From the NCBI RefSeq assembly GCF_963921235.1, contig NC_086097.1:179802001-179866000 (forward strand): a DNA stretch of 64,000 nucleotides, written 5' to 3'. Below, in pieces: positions 1-13,631 of this stretch. Numbering within the stretch: position 1 is the stretch's first letter; each line of letters opens with the position of its first letter. The notes beneath the pieces were generated by a model. The model saw only the letters and a list, made by a program, of their open reading frames with translations, ran no database searches and had not been told where the DNA came from. The position numbers were made by a program, and so were the translations under genes. The DNA is from Mobula hypostoma (lineage: Eukaryota).

Positions 1-358
1 TTGACATGGCAAAGCATTTTTCGTTTATTAATTTATTTACACAGAGAGTGGTAGGTGCCCAGGGCAGATGGTGGAAGCAGATAAAATATCAACATTTAAG
101 AGGAATTCAGACAGGTACATGAACAGCAGGGTATTGATGGATATTGTCCAAGGACAGTCATATGAGATTAGTTTAACTTGGCATTGTGCTTGACACAGAC
201 ATGTTGGTTTCTGTTCAATGTTCTATCATATTAAAACAAAATTTGGCAATTGTTTTAAAAAGGATTTGGAAGGGTAGAGGGGATCGCAGCCAGATGGTTA
301 AAGAGAAGTAAGGCCTGATTCTTGAAGGATGGATCTCTGCACTGTGGCATTTCCTCAC

Positions 359-520
359 CTTGTCTCCCAGGTAGGACTCTGGAGCTGCCCAGTGTAAATC
401 ACGGATCACATCAGGTAGTTCTTGGACATCAGCCACCACCGTGTTGCTTCGTCGGTTATAGACAACCGGAATCTTCTGCTTATTCACCGTGAATAATTTC
501 CACTCCTTCATTTTCATGTG
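359..520 (-). CDS. LAMA3: LAMA3 exon (162 nt), start of laminin IV type A (L4) domain: HMKMKEWKL...WAAPESYLGDK
   Basis: Acceptor cttctacacag|CAC, donor AAG|gtgagg. WxAPxxYLGDK is an L4 domain motif. Confidence 0.95.
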
Positions 521-2449
521 CTGTGTAGAAGTACAGACATAAAATAATAACACCGTTTTCACTGGTGGGAGAGTCTGGGCCAAGGGGACATAGTTACCAG
601 ATACGATCACTGTGTCTAAGAGGCATTTAGATAGACACTTAAATAGAAGGATATGAGAAAAAGCATGCCAGTGTTTTTACTTTCCATAAGACTAAGGAGA
701 AGAAATAGGCCATTCGGCCCATCGAGTCTGCTCCATGATTTCATCATGGCTGATCCATTCTCCCTCTCAACTCCATTCTCTTGCCTTCTCTCCGCAACCT
801 TTCATGCCTTGATCAATATAGAACCTATCAGCTTCTGCCTTGAATGCACCCAGTGACTTGGCTTCCACAGTTGCCTGTGCCAATGAATTCCACAAACTCA
901 CCACCCTCTGACTAAAGAAATACCTCCTCAAATTCCATTCTAAATAGTTGTCCCTCTATTCTGAGGCCATCCTAGACTCCACCCCCCCCAGAGAAAACGT
1001 CCTCTTCACATCCACTCTATTGAGGCCTTTCAATACTCGATAGGTTTTCATGAGATCCCCTCCCTCATTCTTCTGAATTCCAGTGACTATAGGCCCAGAG
1101 CCATCAAACATTCCGCATATGATAAGCCTTTCAATCCCAAAATAATTTTCATGAACCTCCTTTGAACCCTCTCCTCCAATGTCAGCACATCCTTTCTTAA
1201 AAAGGGGCCCAAAGCTGCTCACAAGACGTCAAGTGAGGCCTCACTAGTGACTTGTAAAGTCTTAGCATTATATCCCAGCTTTTATGTTATAGTGCTCTGG
1301 CAATGAATGCTAATATTGCATTTACCTTCTTTACCACCGACTCAATCTGCAAGTCAACCTTTAGAGAATCCCTCACAAGGACTCCCACCTCCCTTTGCAC
1401 CTCAGATTTTTGAGTTTTCTCCCCAATTAGAGAATAGACCACACTTTTATTCCTTTTACCAAACTGCATGACCATATACTTCCCAACACTGTATTCCATC
1501 TGCCACTTTTTCCACCCATTTTCCTGATCTGTTTAAGTCCTTCAGCAATCTCCCTGCTTCCTCAACACTACCCGCCTCTCCAGCTAACTTCATATCATCT
1601 GCAACTTGGCCACAAAACTATCAATTCTGTCATCCAAATCACTGACGTATTACATGAAGAGAAGTGGTCCCAACACCAACCCCTGTGGAACACCACTGGT
1701 CACTGGCAACCAACCAGAAAATGCTCCATCCTCCTGCCTCTTGCCAATCAGCCAATGCTCTATCTTTGCTGGTATCTTTCCTGTAATAACAGGGGTTCTT
1801 ATCTTGTTAAGCAGCCTCAATTGCACTTTGTCAAAGACCTTCTGAAAATCCAAGTACACTCCATACACTGATTCTCTTTTGTCTATCATGCTTATTATTT
1901 TCTCAAAGAATTCCAACAGATTTATCAGACGAGGTTTTCCCTTAAGGAAACCATGCCGACTTTGGCCTATTTTATCATATGCCTCCAAACACCCTGAAAC
2001 CTCATCCTTAACAATCCACTCCAACATCTTCCCAACCACTGAGGTCAGATTAACTGGTCTATAATATCCTTTCTTCTGCTTCCCTCCATTCTTGAAGACT
2101 GGAGTGACATTTGCAATTTTCCAGTCCTTTGAAACCATTTCAGAATCTAGTGATTCTTGAAAGATCATTATAAATGCTTCCACAATCTCTTCAGTTACCA
2201 CTTTCAGAACACTATGGTGTTGTCCATCTGGTCCAGGTTGACTTATCTACCTTCAGATCTTTCAGCTCACAAAGCACCTTCTCCCTAGAAATAGCAACTG
2301 CGATCATTTCTGCCTACTGACATTCTTGAGCTTCTGGCATACTGCTAGTGTCTTCCACAGTGAAGATTGATGCAAAGTACTTATTCAGTTCATCCACCAT
2401 TTCATTGCCCCCAATTATACCTTTCCGGTAGTCCGATATCTATTCTCAA

Positions 2450-2494
<45 letters not shown>

Positions 2495-2516
2495 TGTGAG
2501 TGTGAGAGTGAGTGAG
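2450..2516. repeat. Compound microsatellite (TG)n(AG)n
   Basis: Directly visible run tgtgtg...gagagaga...gtgagtgag inside the CR1. Confidence 0.95.
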
Positions 2517-4329
2517 AAAAAAACATTTGGTATCTTCTTTGATATTATTAGCTAGCTTATCTTCAAATTTCATCTTTTCCTTCTTTATGACTTTTATAGT
2601 TGCCTTCTGTTGGTTTTTAAAAGCTTCCCAATTCTCTAACTTCCCACAAAGTTTTGCTCTATCATCATTTTTGCTCTCTTTGGCTTTTATGTTGCCCTTG
2701 ACTTTGTCAGCTACAGTTGCATCATCCTATTTTAGAACACTACCTCTTCTTTGGAATGCTTTTATCCTGCATTTTCCAAATTGCTCGCAGAAACTTCAGC
2801 CATTGTTGTTCTGCCATCATCCCTGCTAGTGTCCCCTTCCAATCAACTTTGGCAAGCTCCTTTCTCATGCCTCTATAATTTCCTTTAACCACTGTAGTAC
2901 TGATACATCTGACTTTAGCTTCTCCTTCTCAAATTTTATGGTGAATTTGATCATATTCTGATCACCGTCTCCTAAGCATTCCTTTACCTTTAGCTCCCTA
3001 ATCTGGTTCACTACACAACAACACCCAATCCAGAATAATTTTTCCCCTAGTGGGCTCAACCACAAGCTGTTCTAAAAAGCCATCTTGTAGGCATTCTAAA
3101 AATTCTCTCTTGGGATCCAGCACCAACCTGATTTTCTGAATCTACCTGCATATCGAAATCTCCCCTGACTATTGTGACATTGTCCTTTTGACGTGCCTTT
3201 TCTATCTCCCTTTGTAATTTGTAGTCCGCAGCCTGCTCAGAGGTCTATATATAACTCTTATCAGGGTCTTTTCACCCTTGCAACTCCTTAACTCTACCCA
3301 TAAGGATTCTGCATTTCTAATCTTATGTCACCTCTTTCTAAGGATTTGATTTCATTTCTTACCAACAGAGAAACCCCACCCTCTGTCCAATCAATACAAT
3401 ACGTACCTTTGGATGTTAAGCTCCCAGCTATCACCTTCTTTCATTATGATTCAGAGATGCCCACAATGTTATACCTGCCAATCTCCAACTGTGCTACAAG
3501 ATCACCTATCTTATTCCATACACTGTGTGCATTCATTTTTAACACCTTCAGTCCTGCATTCATCACTCTTTTCGATTTTGTCCCCATTTCACTGCAACTC
3601 ATCCCACTGACTGCAATTTTGTTCTAACATCTGCCAGTCCTTCCTCAGTCGCATCTACTTGTATACCAACTGCCCACCCTCAGTTCTATCACTCCAATTC
3701 CCATACATCTGCCAGATCAGTTTAAACCCTCCCCAACAGCTCTAGCAACCTGACCACAAGGATATCAGGTTCAGCTGTAATCTATCCATTTTATACAGGT
3801 CATACCTTCCACAGAAGAGATCCCAATGATCCAAAAATCTGAGCCCCTGCCCACTGCACCAGTTCCACAGCCATGTGTTCATCTGCCAAATCATCCTATC
3901 ATTATCCTCACTGGTTTATGGCACAGGCAGAAATCCAGAGATTGCTACCCTGAAGGTCTTGCTTTTCAGCTTTCTACCTAACTCCTTAAATTCTCCCTTC
4001 AGGACCTCCTCCCTTTTCCTATCTAGGTCATTGGTGACAATACGTACGTACCAAGACTTCTGGCTGCTCACCCTCCCCCTTTACAATGCCATTGATCTGA
4101 TCTGAGACATCCCTTATCCTGGCATCTGGGTGGCAACATACTATCCGGGTTTCTATTTCACCTCCATAGAATCTCGTGTCTGTTCTTCTAACTATAGAAT
4201 TCTCTATCACTACTGCAGTCCTCTTCTTCCCTCGTCCCTTCTAAGACACAGTGCATGATTCAGTCCCAGAGACCAGCTGCTGCAACATCCAGCCCCCCAA
4301 TAGGATGTCTATCCAACAGTATACAGATC

Positions 4330-5268
4330 ATTGATGTTATATTTCAATGCTCTGGATGAAGAAATTGATGGCTTTGTGATCAAGTTTGTGAATGATACAA
4401 AAGTAGGCGGAGGGGCAGGTAATGCTGAGGAAGCAGAGAGTCTGCAGAAGGACTTAGACAGATTAGAAGAATGGGCAAAACAGTGGCAGATGGAATATAG
4501 TGTCGGAAAGTGCACGGTCACATACTTTGGTAGAAGCATAGACTATTTTCTAAATGGAAAGAAAATTCAAAAATCTGAGGTGCAAAGGGACTTGGGAGTC
4601 CTTGTGCAGGATTCCCTAAGGGATAGTTTGCAAGTCGAGTCAGTGGTGAGGAAGGCACATGTGATGTTAGCATTCATTTCGAGAGGACTAGAATATAAAA
4701 GCAAAGATGTAATGTTGAGGCTTTATTCAGCACTGGTGAGGGCTTACTTGGAGTATTGAGAGCTGCTTGGGGCCTTGTTTAAGAGAGGATATACTGACAT
4801 TGGAGAGGGTTCAAAGCAGGTTCATGAAAATGATTACAGGATTGAGGAGTGTTTGATTGCTCTAGGCCTGTATTCACTGAGCTTCAGAAGAATGAGGGGT
4901 GACCTCATTGAAATCTATCGGATGCTGAAAGGCCTCGATAGAGCAGATTAGGAGAGGATGTTTCCTATGGTGAGGGAGCCCCTAAGACCAGAGGGCACAG
5001 CCTCAGGATTGAAGAACATCCATTTAGAATAGAGATGAGGAGGAAGTTCTTTAGCCAGAGAGTGGTGAGTCTGTGACTGCAGAGGCCACATTATTGGGTA
5101 TATTTAAGGCAGAGGATGATAGATTCTTGATTAGTCAGGGCACGAAGGGTTACGGGGCGAAGGCAGGAGACTGGGGCTGAGAGGGAAATGGATCAGCCAT
5201 GATGAAATGGCAGACCAGACTCAATGGGCCAAATGGCCTAATTCTGCTCCTGTATCTTTGGTCTTATG
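4330..5268 (+). mobile_element. 5'-truncated CR1 LINE nested in the minus-strand CR1
   Basis: ORF 4331..4759 (KFVNDTKVGG, LQKDLDRLEEWAKQWQM), CR1-type 3' end. The host sequence ccaacagtat | caaagtggta resumes on the other side. Confidence 0.88.
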
Positions 5269-5689
5269 GGCAAAGTGGTAGACTTATTATTGAAGGGAAC
5301 TGTCACTTGTGTACTCTGCACTGAATGCCCATTAGTTTTCCCTCTCCTGACAATCATCCAGGTACCTGCCTCCTGCAACTTAGGCGTGACTACCTCCCAG
5401 TAGCTCCTATTTTTCACCACAGTTTCCCTTATGAGCTGAAGGTCATCAATCTGTGCTCCAGTTCCTTAACATGTTCTTTGCAGCTCGGTGCAGCATGAAC
5501 TGTGCACTAACAGACAAAGAATGAAGTAGAAACTTACTTTGCCCAAGCCTGTTCAGCCAAAGCCTCCCCACTCTAAAACTGGTCACTCCAGCAATGACTG
5601 CTTCACTTGCCCCCATCTTATTTTTATTTGCCTTTGCTAATGAATTGTGATACGATTGAGCCGCCAGAAAAGAAGTTTCTTTCCTAGAA

Positions 5690-6490
5690 GTTTTAAGAGA
5701 TGTGGCACATCAGTGAACCCGCTAACAAATGTTACAAGCGTACAGTGGAAAGCATCCTGATTGGTTGCATCATGGCCTGATGTGGAAACTCCAACACACA
5801 GGAGTACAAAAGGCTACAGAAAGTACTGGACTCAGCCAATTTCATCATGGGTACAGCTCTCCCCAACATCTAGGACACATACAAAATTCTCAGGAAGGTG
5901 ACAGCCATCATCAGGCCAACACCCCCACCCCCCAACATCTATGCTATGCCTTCTTCTCCATGTTGCCATCAGGCAGGAAGTAGAGGAGCCTGAAGACCCA
6001 CAGCTCAAGGTTCAATGACAACATCTTCCCCATTGCCAACAGGTTCTGGAACCAACTTGAAAAACCCTAACATTACCTCAGACTATATATCCCACAAATT
6101 GCACTCATGTTGTTGTGTTTATTTTGTTCATTTTGTCGTGTAAGTTATGTATTGTTGTTCCTCTCCGCACCTTGTGGAACATCAGGCAGCAACCCTGCTG
6201 TTCCTGTAGCATTTGTCTGTTTTCTGACAAGGCTCAGTTGCCAGCTCAGTGCTCAACCCAGCATGAATGGAAAGTGTGCAAGGAGCCAGCTGGATTCGAA
6301 CCCAGCACCACTGTCTGGTGCAGGTGCCACGACACCACCAGCTGGCATATATTATTATAATTTATGTTAATTTATTTCATTACATATTTCATGTTTGTTT
6401 TTGTTCTCTGCTGCTGCTGCAAAAAGCAAAATTTCCTGGTATTTATTATCCTAAGTATGTATGCCTACCACAACTTGAACTTGAAATTGA
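5690..6490 (+). mobile_element. Rex1/Babar-type LINE 3' fragment, interrupted by a SINE
   Basis: Same degenerate C-terminal/3' sequence as the copies at 21.4-23.5 kb and 27.3-28.6 kb (gaaagcatcctga..ggttgcatca, ggagcctgaagacccac). Confidence 0.65.
6150..6347 (-). mobile_element. tRNA-derived SINE
   Basis: Minus strand starts gccagctggtggtgtcgtggca (A-box-like) and has the B box GGTTCGAATCC, ending in an (AAC)-like tail. Confidence 0.75.
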
Positions 6491-8349
6491 ATGGACCTAA
6501 TGTGGGCAAATGGGATTAATGTAGATAGGCAAAAAGGTTAGCATAGATACGATGGGATGAAAGGCCTGTTTCTGTGTTGTACAACTCTTTGACCAAGTGG
6601 GATAAATAATAAATCTATTTCTGAAATTGAGATGCTGAACTTCAAACTAGATGAATGGGTTGGGTGTGGAAAAGATTATGAACTATTTCAACACTCTATT
6701 CAAAAGCAGAAAGGCACTGGCATTAAAGATCAGCAGTTGCTGCAGTAACAGGCCCAGAACTTTGATTGAACAGCCCTGCTTATTTTTCTGTTGTGCAGCA
6801 AGAAATGGCACATCCACACACTTGCTGATAATACCTCTTCCCAGATCAACACTCTGAATCAGAATCAGATTCAGATTTATTGTACTGCATATGAACATGA
6901 AATTTGTGGCAGCAGTAGAGTCCAAGGTCATAAAGTTACTATAAATTACAAAAATAAATAAATAGTGCAGAAAAAAGGAATAACAAAGTCCTGTTCATGG
7001 AATGTTCAGAAATCTGATGGTGGAGGGGAGGGTCTTTCCTGAATCATTGAGTTTGAGTCTCAGTCATGTCCTCAGTAATGGTAGTAATGATAAAAGGGTA
7101 TGCCCCAGATGGTGAGGATCCTTAATGAAGGATGCCACCTTCTTGAGGCACTGACTTGTGAAGATATTCTCAATGGTGGTGGATGGGGGAGGGGTTCTGC
7201 CCACGATGGAACTTCTTTTCGGAATGGAGATGAGGAGGAATTTCTTTAGCCAGAGAGTGCTGAATCTGTGAAATTCTTTGCCACGGGCAGCTGTGGAGGC
7301 CAAGTCTTTATGTATGTTTAAGGCAGAAGCTGATACATTCTTGATTGGTCAGGGCATGAAAGGATACAGGGAGACAAAGGTGATTGGGGCCGAGAAGAAA
7401 AATGGATCACCCATGATGAAATAGCAGAACAGACTCAATGGGCCAAAACAACCTAATTCTACTCTTATATCTTATAAGTTTGGGCACTGTTTGGGAATTG
7501 GGCACTGCCCTGTGTAAGCTATATTTGCACATTACATGAGCTTTAAGTGTCAGCATTCCTGTATTGTATTGCTCTGTTTACTGGGAAATTAGAGCTTCGT
7601 ATTCAAAGTTCAAAGTAAATTTATCAAAGTACATATATATCATCATATACTACCCTGAGATTCATTTCTTGCAGGCATTCACAATAGAACAAAGAAAAAC
7701 ACCAGAATAAATGAAAAACTAAACACAAACACTGACACTCAGAAGAAGACAAACTCTGAAAATATAAAAATATCAATAATAATAAATAAATTCTGAGAGC
7801 ACAAGTTGCAGAGTCCTTGAAAGTGAGTCCACAGGTTGTGGAATTAGTTTGGTGTTGAACTGAGTGAGGCCACCTATGCACCAAGGATCTTCCACTGGTG
7901 GCCACTAACATTCGATGGTACAATTCTTGACTGGGATCCCACTCTTTGGGAAGATTCCACATACACACTGACAAGGGGCTGGTGACATACTTCCAACACG
8001 CTGTGCATCTTGGAAGGGTAATTTGCAGATGCTGGTGCTTCCACTCCCATATGCCTGCTGCCTGTGGTGGGAGAGACTGCAGGTCTGGGAGGTGCTGTCA
8101 AGGAGACCGCTGCACATTTAATAATTGGTTCATGTTGTGTGAGAGTTTTGGAAGGAGTGAATGTGTAGGGAGGGCAATGGGGTGCGACTTTATCATGAAA
8201 TCATAGAGTCATCCAGCTCAGAAACAGGCCCTTTGTCTCAAATAGTCCATTCCAACCAAAATTCCAATCTAACATAGTCCCATTTGCATGCATTTGGCCC
8301 ATATCACTGTAAACCTTTCCTGTCCATTTAACCGCTCAAATACTTTTTA

Positions 8350-10025
8350 GGGCAGCATGTTGGCATAATACTTCCTTGTGCCAGTGATTGGAAGATGGGG
8401 GTTCAATTCCTGGTACTGTCGGCAAGGAACTTGTACAGTACGCTCTCCCCGTGACCCTGTCCGCAAGGAGCTTGTACAGTACGCTCTCCCCGTCACCCTG
8501 TCCGCAAGGAGCTTGTACAGTACGCTCTCCCCATGACCGTGTCCGTGAGGAGCTTGTACAGTACGCTCTCCCCGTGACCCTGTCCGCAAGGAGCTTGTAC
8601 AGTACGCTCTCCCCGTGACCCTGTCCGCAAGGAGCTTGTACAGTACGCTCTCCCCATGACCGTGTCCGTGAGGAGCTTGTACAGTACGCTCTCCCCGTGA
8701 CCCTGTCCGCAAGGAGCTTGTACAGTACGCTCTCCCCATGACCGTGTCCGTGAGGAGCTTGTACAGTACGCTCTCCCCGTGACCCTGTCCGCAAGGAGCT
8801 TGTACAGTACGCTCTCCCCGTGACCGTGTCCGTGAGGAGCTTGTACAGTACGCTCTCCCCATGACCGTGTCCGTGAGGAGTTTGTACAGTATGCTCTCCC
8901 CGTGACGGTGTCTGTAAGGAGTTCGTACAGTATGCTCTCCCCGTGACGGTGTCTGTAAGGAGCTTATACAGTACGCTCTCCCCGCGACCGTGTCTGTAAG
9001 GAGCTTGTACAGTACGCTCTCCCCGTGACGGTGTCTGTAAGGAGCTTGTACAGTACGCTCTCCCCGCGACCCTGCCTGTAAGGAGCTTATACAGTACGCT
9101 CTCCCCGTGACCGTCTGTAAGGAGCTTGTACAGTACGCTCTCCCTGCGACTGTGTCCGTGAGGAGCTTGTACAGTACGCTCTCCCCATGACCGTCTGTAA
9201 GGAGCTTATACAGTACGCTCTCCCCACGACCGTGTCTGTAAGGAGCTTGTACAGTACGCTCTCCCCGTGACGGTGTCTGTAAGGAGCTTATACAGTACGC
9301 TCTCCCCATGACCGTGTCTGTAAGGAGCTTGTACAGTACACTCTCCCTGCGACCGTGTCTGTAAGGAGCTTGTACAGTACACTCTCCCTGCGACCGTGTC
9401 TGTAAGGAGCTTATACAGTACGCTCTCCCCGTGACCCTGTCTGTAAGGAGCTTATACAGTACGCTCTCCCCGTGACCGTGTCTGTAAGGAGCTTATACAG
9501 TACGCTCTCCCCGTGACGGTGTCTGTAAGGAGCTTATACAGTACGCTCTCCCCGTGACGGTGTCTGTAAGGAGCTTGTACAGTACGCCCTCCCCCTGATG
9601 GTGTCTGCAAGGAGCTTGTACAGTACGCTCTCCCCGTGACCGTGTCCGTGAGGAGCTTATACAGTACGCTCTCCCCGTGACGGTGTCTGTAAGGAGCTTA
9701 TACAGTACGCTCTCCCCGTGACGGTGTCTGTAAGGAGCTTGTACAGTACGCTCTCCCCGTGACCCTGTCTGTAAGGAGCTTGTACAGTACACCCTCCCCC
9801 TGATGGTGTCTGCAAGGAGCTTGTACGGTACGCTCTTCCCATGATTGTGTGGGTTTCCTCCCACATGCCAAAGATATACAAGTTAGGATTAGTAAGTTGT
9901 GGGCATGCAGTGTTGCATCAGACACACAGCGACACTTACGGACTCTGTTGGTCATTGATGCAAAACAACAGATTTCACTGTGTATCGGTGTTTTAATGTA
10001 CATGTGACAAATAAAGCTGATCTTT
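8350..10025 (+). mobile_element. HE1/V-SINE-type tRNA-derived SINE expanded by an internal minisatellite
   Basis: B-box-like GGGTTCAATTCC near 8399; core ggagxttgtac..tctccccgtgacc..gtgggtttcctcccaca; AATAAA plus simple tail near 10010. Confidence 0.75.
8422..9845. repeat. 41-bp minisatellite, about 35 copies (GCAAGGAGCTTGTACAGTACGCTCTCCCCGTGACCCTGTCC)
   Basis: Unit starts at 8463, 8504, 8545, ... (period 41); a few units are 39 bp. Confidence 0.97.
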
Positions 10026-10049
10026 AAAATAATCTCTAATCTTTAAATC

Positions 10050-10370
10050 CAATTCATGGGTGGTGTTGAGGTTCTCAAGGACTGTTGGAGCTGCCCTCAT
10101 CCAGGCAACTAGAGAGTGTTCCACCACACTTCTGACTTGTTTTTTACAGATGGTAGAAAGTCTCTGGGGAACGAGGTGGTGAGCCATTATCCACAGGATT
10201 CTCAGCATCTGGCCTTCTCTTCTAGCCAGGATATTTGTGTGTGTGGTCTGGTACAGATTCTGGTCCAGACTGTGGATGACACCATGACAGCAATGCAATT
10301 TAGTGTCTTGCTATAAATCATCACTGTCACCATCTTCCTTAATGCCACTATCACTTATCAATCACTGGTT
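10050..10370 (-). mobile_element. Old L2-type LINE fragment
   Basis: ORF 9993..10298 contains PQRLSTICKKQVRSVVEHSLVAWMRAAPT, resembling a LINE ORF2 C-terminus. Confidence 0.55.
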
Positions 10371-10480
10371 ATATATTAGTTCCAAAAGTAATGAACATTA
10401 GAAATAGTTTTTGATGTTCTGCGTGGGCATTGGATAATGAAGAATGAACAGAGGATTAAAGGGTAAAAAGGAGGACTTAC

Positions 10481-10621
10481 CTTTGTCCTGGATTTATCAG
10501 AGCTCCGACACTGATTGGTCACTCCAAAGCAGAAGCAACTTGTGCAGCCTTTCGGATTGGCTGGGTCCAGGTGAAATGAACCAGGTCGACAGGTATCACA
10601 CCGGGCGCCCACTACGTTCTC
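10481..10621 (-). CDS. LAMA3: LAMA3 exon (141 nt): [47 protein letters not shown]
   Basis: Acceptor gactacctcag|GAG, donor AAG|gtaagt. The CxxCFCFG motif precedes the L4 domain. Confidence 0.95.
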
Positions 10622-11439
10622 CTGAGGTAGTCAAATGCAATGGGTGAGGTTGGTCACCAGTTCACTTTCATGCTGTGCTGCCGCTGAGGGAACTATTGGC
10701 TGCAAATTGCAATCAGTGGCAAAGAAATTGCACCCAGTATTGACCAGCTTGGAACCTGCTGAATAAGCCCTCAGGTCACTATGAACTGTCCATTCAGTGG
10801 GTTACCTGTCATTCATAACATTACCATCCTGGCTAAGCAAACAATCACAGTGAAGAACCCTTCTGTCAGGAGGGCTGAAGGTGAAATATCAACAGCTCAT
10901 CTCCCTCCATACATGCTGCCTGACCTGGGAACTCTAACTGATTTTAATTTGTGAGGGTATGGAAATTACTGATCGGGTGGTGGAGACAGGGTCCATTCAA
11001 TGTTTAAAATGTACCTAGGCAAACACCAGCGGTGTGTGAGAGTTTGAGCCAAGGGATGGGAAGTGGGAAAACTTGTTCAGAACAGAAAAACTGGTGCTGA
11101 ACTCCACACTATCACTGACAATACTTGCTTTCTTACTCACCATCAGGACTGTCTCTGAGATTTTGAAACTGAAATATTAACTCTGCTTCTCTCTCCATGG
11201 TTGCTGCCTGGTCTGTTTTGCAAGGATCAGGAGCCAGAGTAGGTTGCAATTCCTCAAGCCTATTTCTCTGCTATATTCCCCCATGGCTCTGCCATTTCGG
11301 ATCCAATCCTAGACTTCACTCCAGTCTGATGTCTGCTCCCTTTGACCCTGAACTTGCCCACTATCCACAACTCTACCTATCTCAGTCTTGAATCTAATCA
11401 AGTGCCAGTCTATATTGGTGGATTGGTCGTGGACAGTAT

Positions 11440-12155
11440 CAGTACCATTAACTTCCTGGGCATTAACATATAGGATGACTTGTCATCATAACCTACCAAC
11501 ATGACCCATATCGAATAACTGGTCCAGGGCTCAGTACACGGGTACAACCACAAGGAAAGCCAGCTCTTTACGTTCGGAGGAAGTTCAGGAGGTCAGGCTC
11601 GTCAGTGAACACTCGAATAAACTTCAACAGATGACCTGTTGAGAGTGCCCTGACTTGTTGCATTTCGGTCTGATACAACAATTCAAGTGCAAAGGAATGC
11701 AAGAAGCTGCAGAGAGCAGTTGATTCTGCCCAGTACCTCACTGGCACATCCCTCTCCATCATCGTTAGCTGGCGTTGCTTCAAGAAGGCAATATCCATCA
11801 AAGATCCTCACCATCAGGACTGTGCCATCTTCTCACATCTATATAAGCCTAAAGTCTCACTCCGCCAGGTTTGAGAACAGGTACTTCCCTTTAACCACTC
11901 AGTTCTAAAATTAACCGACAGAACACAAATCAGTATCCCAATATAGCAACACTATGGTCACCTTGGTACTAAAATGGTCTTCGTTTTTCATTGTTCTAAT
12001 TGTATCTATCTTGTAACAATTGTGCATAATTTATGAATAACTTATGTTTTTCATGTGAATGCTTTATATGAAATGGTATGTGTGTGCAATGCTACTACAG
12101 GTTACGTTTGATAATGCACCTGTACTTTGTATATGACAACCAACTCCACTTTGAC
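11440..12155 (+). mobile_element. Rex1/Babar-type LINE 3' fragment
   Basis: Degenerate cttcctgggcattaacata ... ccatcaaagatcctcaccatc ... gaacaggtacttcc, shared with other Rex1-type copies in the window. Confidence 0.65.
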
Positions 12156-12894
12156 CACTAGGACTCTGTCCTCACAGCTCGCTGAGGGAAAAGAGTTCCA
12201 AAGATTGACCAACTCTGAAGGAAGAAATTCTTCATGCTTTCCATTTTAAGTGACAGTGCCCTTGTGATTCTGCCTGCCCCCCATTCCAGATTCCCCTGCA
12301 CAGGGAAATACTCTTTGGAATCTCCCTTGTAAGAATCCTTTCATTCAATGTGTATGGCCCTGACCTTTCCAAGCTCTCTGCACAAGACCAACCCTTGTAT
12401 CCGATGAATCAACCTGGTGAGTGGTCTCTGATCACTGAACTGACTGCAGTGAAGAATAAAAATAGTTCACAGTGCTCCAGGCATGACCTCGCTATCAGTA
12501 TGTTCAGATATAGTGAGATTTCCCAGCTCTTATACCCAATCCCATTTCCTTTCATAATTTCTAACTTTGTGTTTTATGATCACTCTGTCCTACAGCATTC
12601 TGTAATCCTCAACTGTAAATAACACTCTGATTTTCTATACTTCCCTACATTTTACTCCATTTTCCAACCTGCCCAACCACTCTTTATCCCTCTGTCAACC
12701 CGATACCACTTCCTCAGTGGCTGCGGATACAAGACCACAATATACCTGGGGTGTTCTTCTAAGTCAATAAAGTTGAATTTCAATAGTTGAAGCCCTAGCA
12801 CTGATCCCTATGACACACCAGTGTACAGGTTCATGAGCTAAATCTTTAATCATGTATTATCTCCAATTCCATAGTTAACATCATATCAAATGTT

Positions 12895-13520
12895 AATCCA
12901 AGTACAATACAACCTGCTGGAGGAACCCAGAGGGTTGAGCAGCATCTATGCCAAGAGGGGCAAAGGAATTGTCAACTTCTGGGCTGAAATCCTGCATCAG
13001 GATTGAGAGTGGAGAGGGGAGGTGGATAGCATATGAAGGAAAGGGGGTGGGGCGACACAGAGGCCAGAGGAGACTGGTGGACTGAGGAAAGGTGAAGAAT
13101 GCTCTCAGGTAGAGGAATGGAGGGTGGAGCTGGGGCACAGAGGCAGAGGGATAGTAGGTGAGCAGATTTTAAAAAAAGGCAGTTTGAGTGAGATGGGAGA
13201 GGGAGGGTGAAGACAGAGAGAGCTGCTGGAGGAAGATCAGCAGGAATGCAAAGGGTTGTCTGCGCTGGACACTGGTGATGAGAACCATTAGGGGAAAGGT
13301 GATTGACAAGTGGAACTGGAACCAGTGGTGAAAGAGGAGAGCTGGTGGATGAAATGAGTGAATAGTAGGTGGATGGAACTGAGAGGGTTAGAGGGATGAA
13401 ACTGGGTGGGGGGGGTGATGAAGAGGGAGAGAGGGGGTGTTAAATGCAATAGGAAAACTCAAAAGTTTATACCAGAGGGTTACAGAGCCAAGCAGAAGAT
13501 CCAGCACTTGTAGTACCTTG
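12895..13520. mobile_element. Penelope-like element terminal fragment (purine-rich tract, decayed hammerhead-like motif on the minus strand)
   Basis: Begins with the same ctgctggaggaac..cagcatct arm as the 18232-18440 element. Minus strand reads caatc-CTGATGC-aggatttcagccc-agaagtt. Confidence 0.55.
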
Positions 13521-13631
13521 CATCTCCAAATGTTCTACCTCTACTGGTTCTCCCCATTGATTCACTTGTAACACAAAGAATTCTAATCAATTTATCAAGC
13601 ATATTTTCCCCAAGTATATAACTATGCTGAT

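Larger units (their letters stand above)
684..5630 (-). mobile_element. Decayed, long CR1-type LINE (ORF1 remnant, endonuclease/RT remnants, 3' tail)
   Basis: ORFs 1650..2201 ([49 protein letters not shown]), 1287..1499 and 4028..4210 (ORF1-like); many stops and frameshifts. Confidence 0.9.

Noticed and set aside
8336..9881. Long repetitive ORFs (up to 320 aa) and CRISPR-like periodicity
   Set aside because: Head-to-tail 41-bp units with no unique spacers and no cas genes, in a vertebrate intron; the ORFs are a by-product of the repeat.
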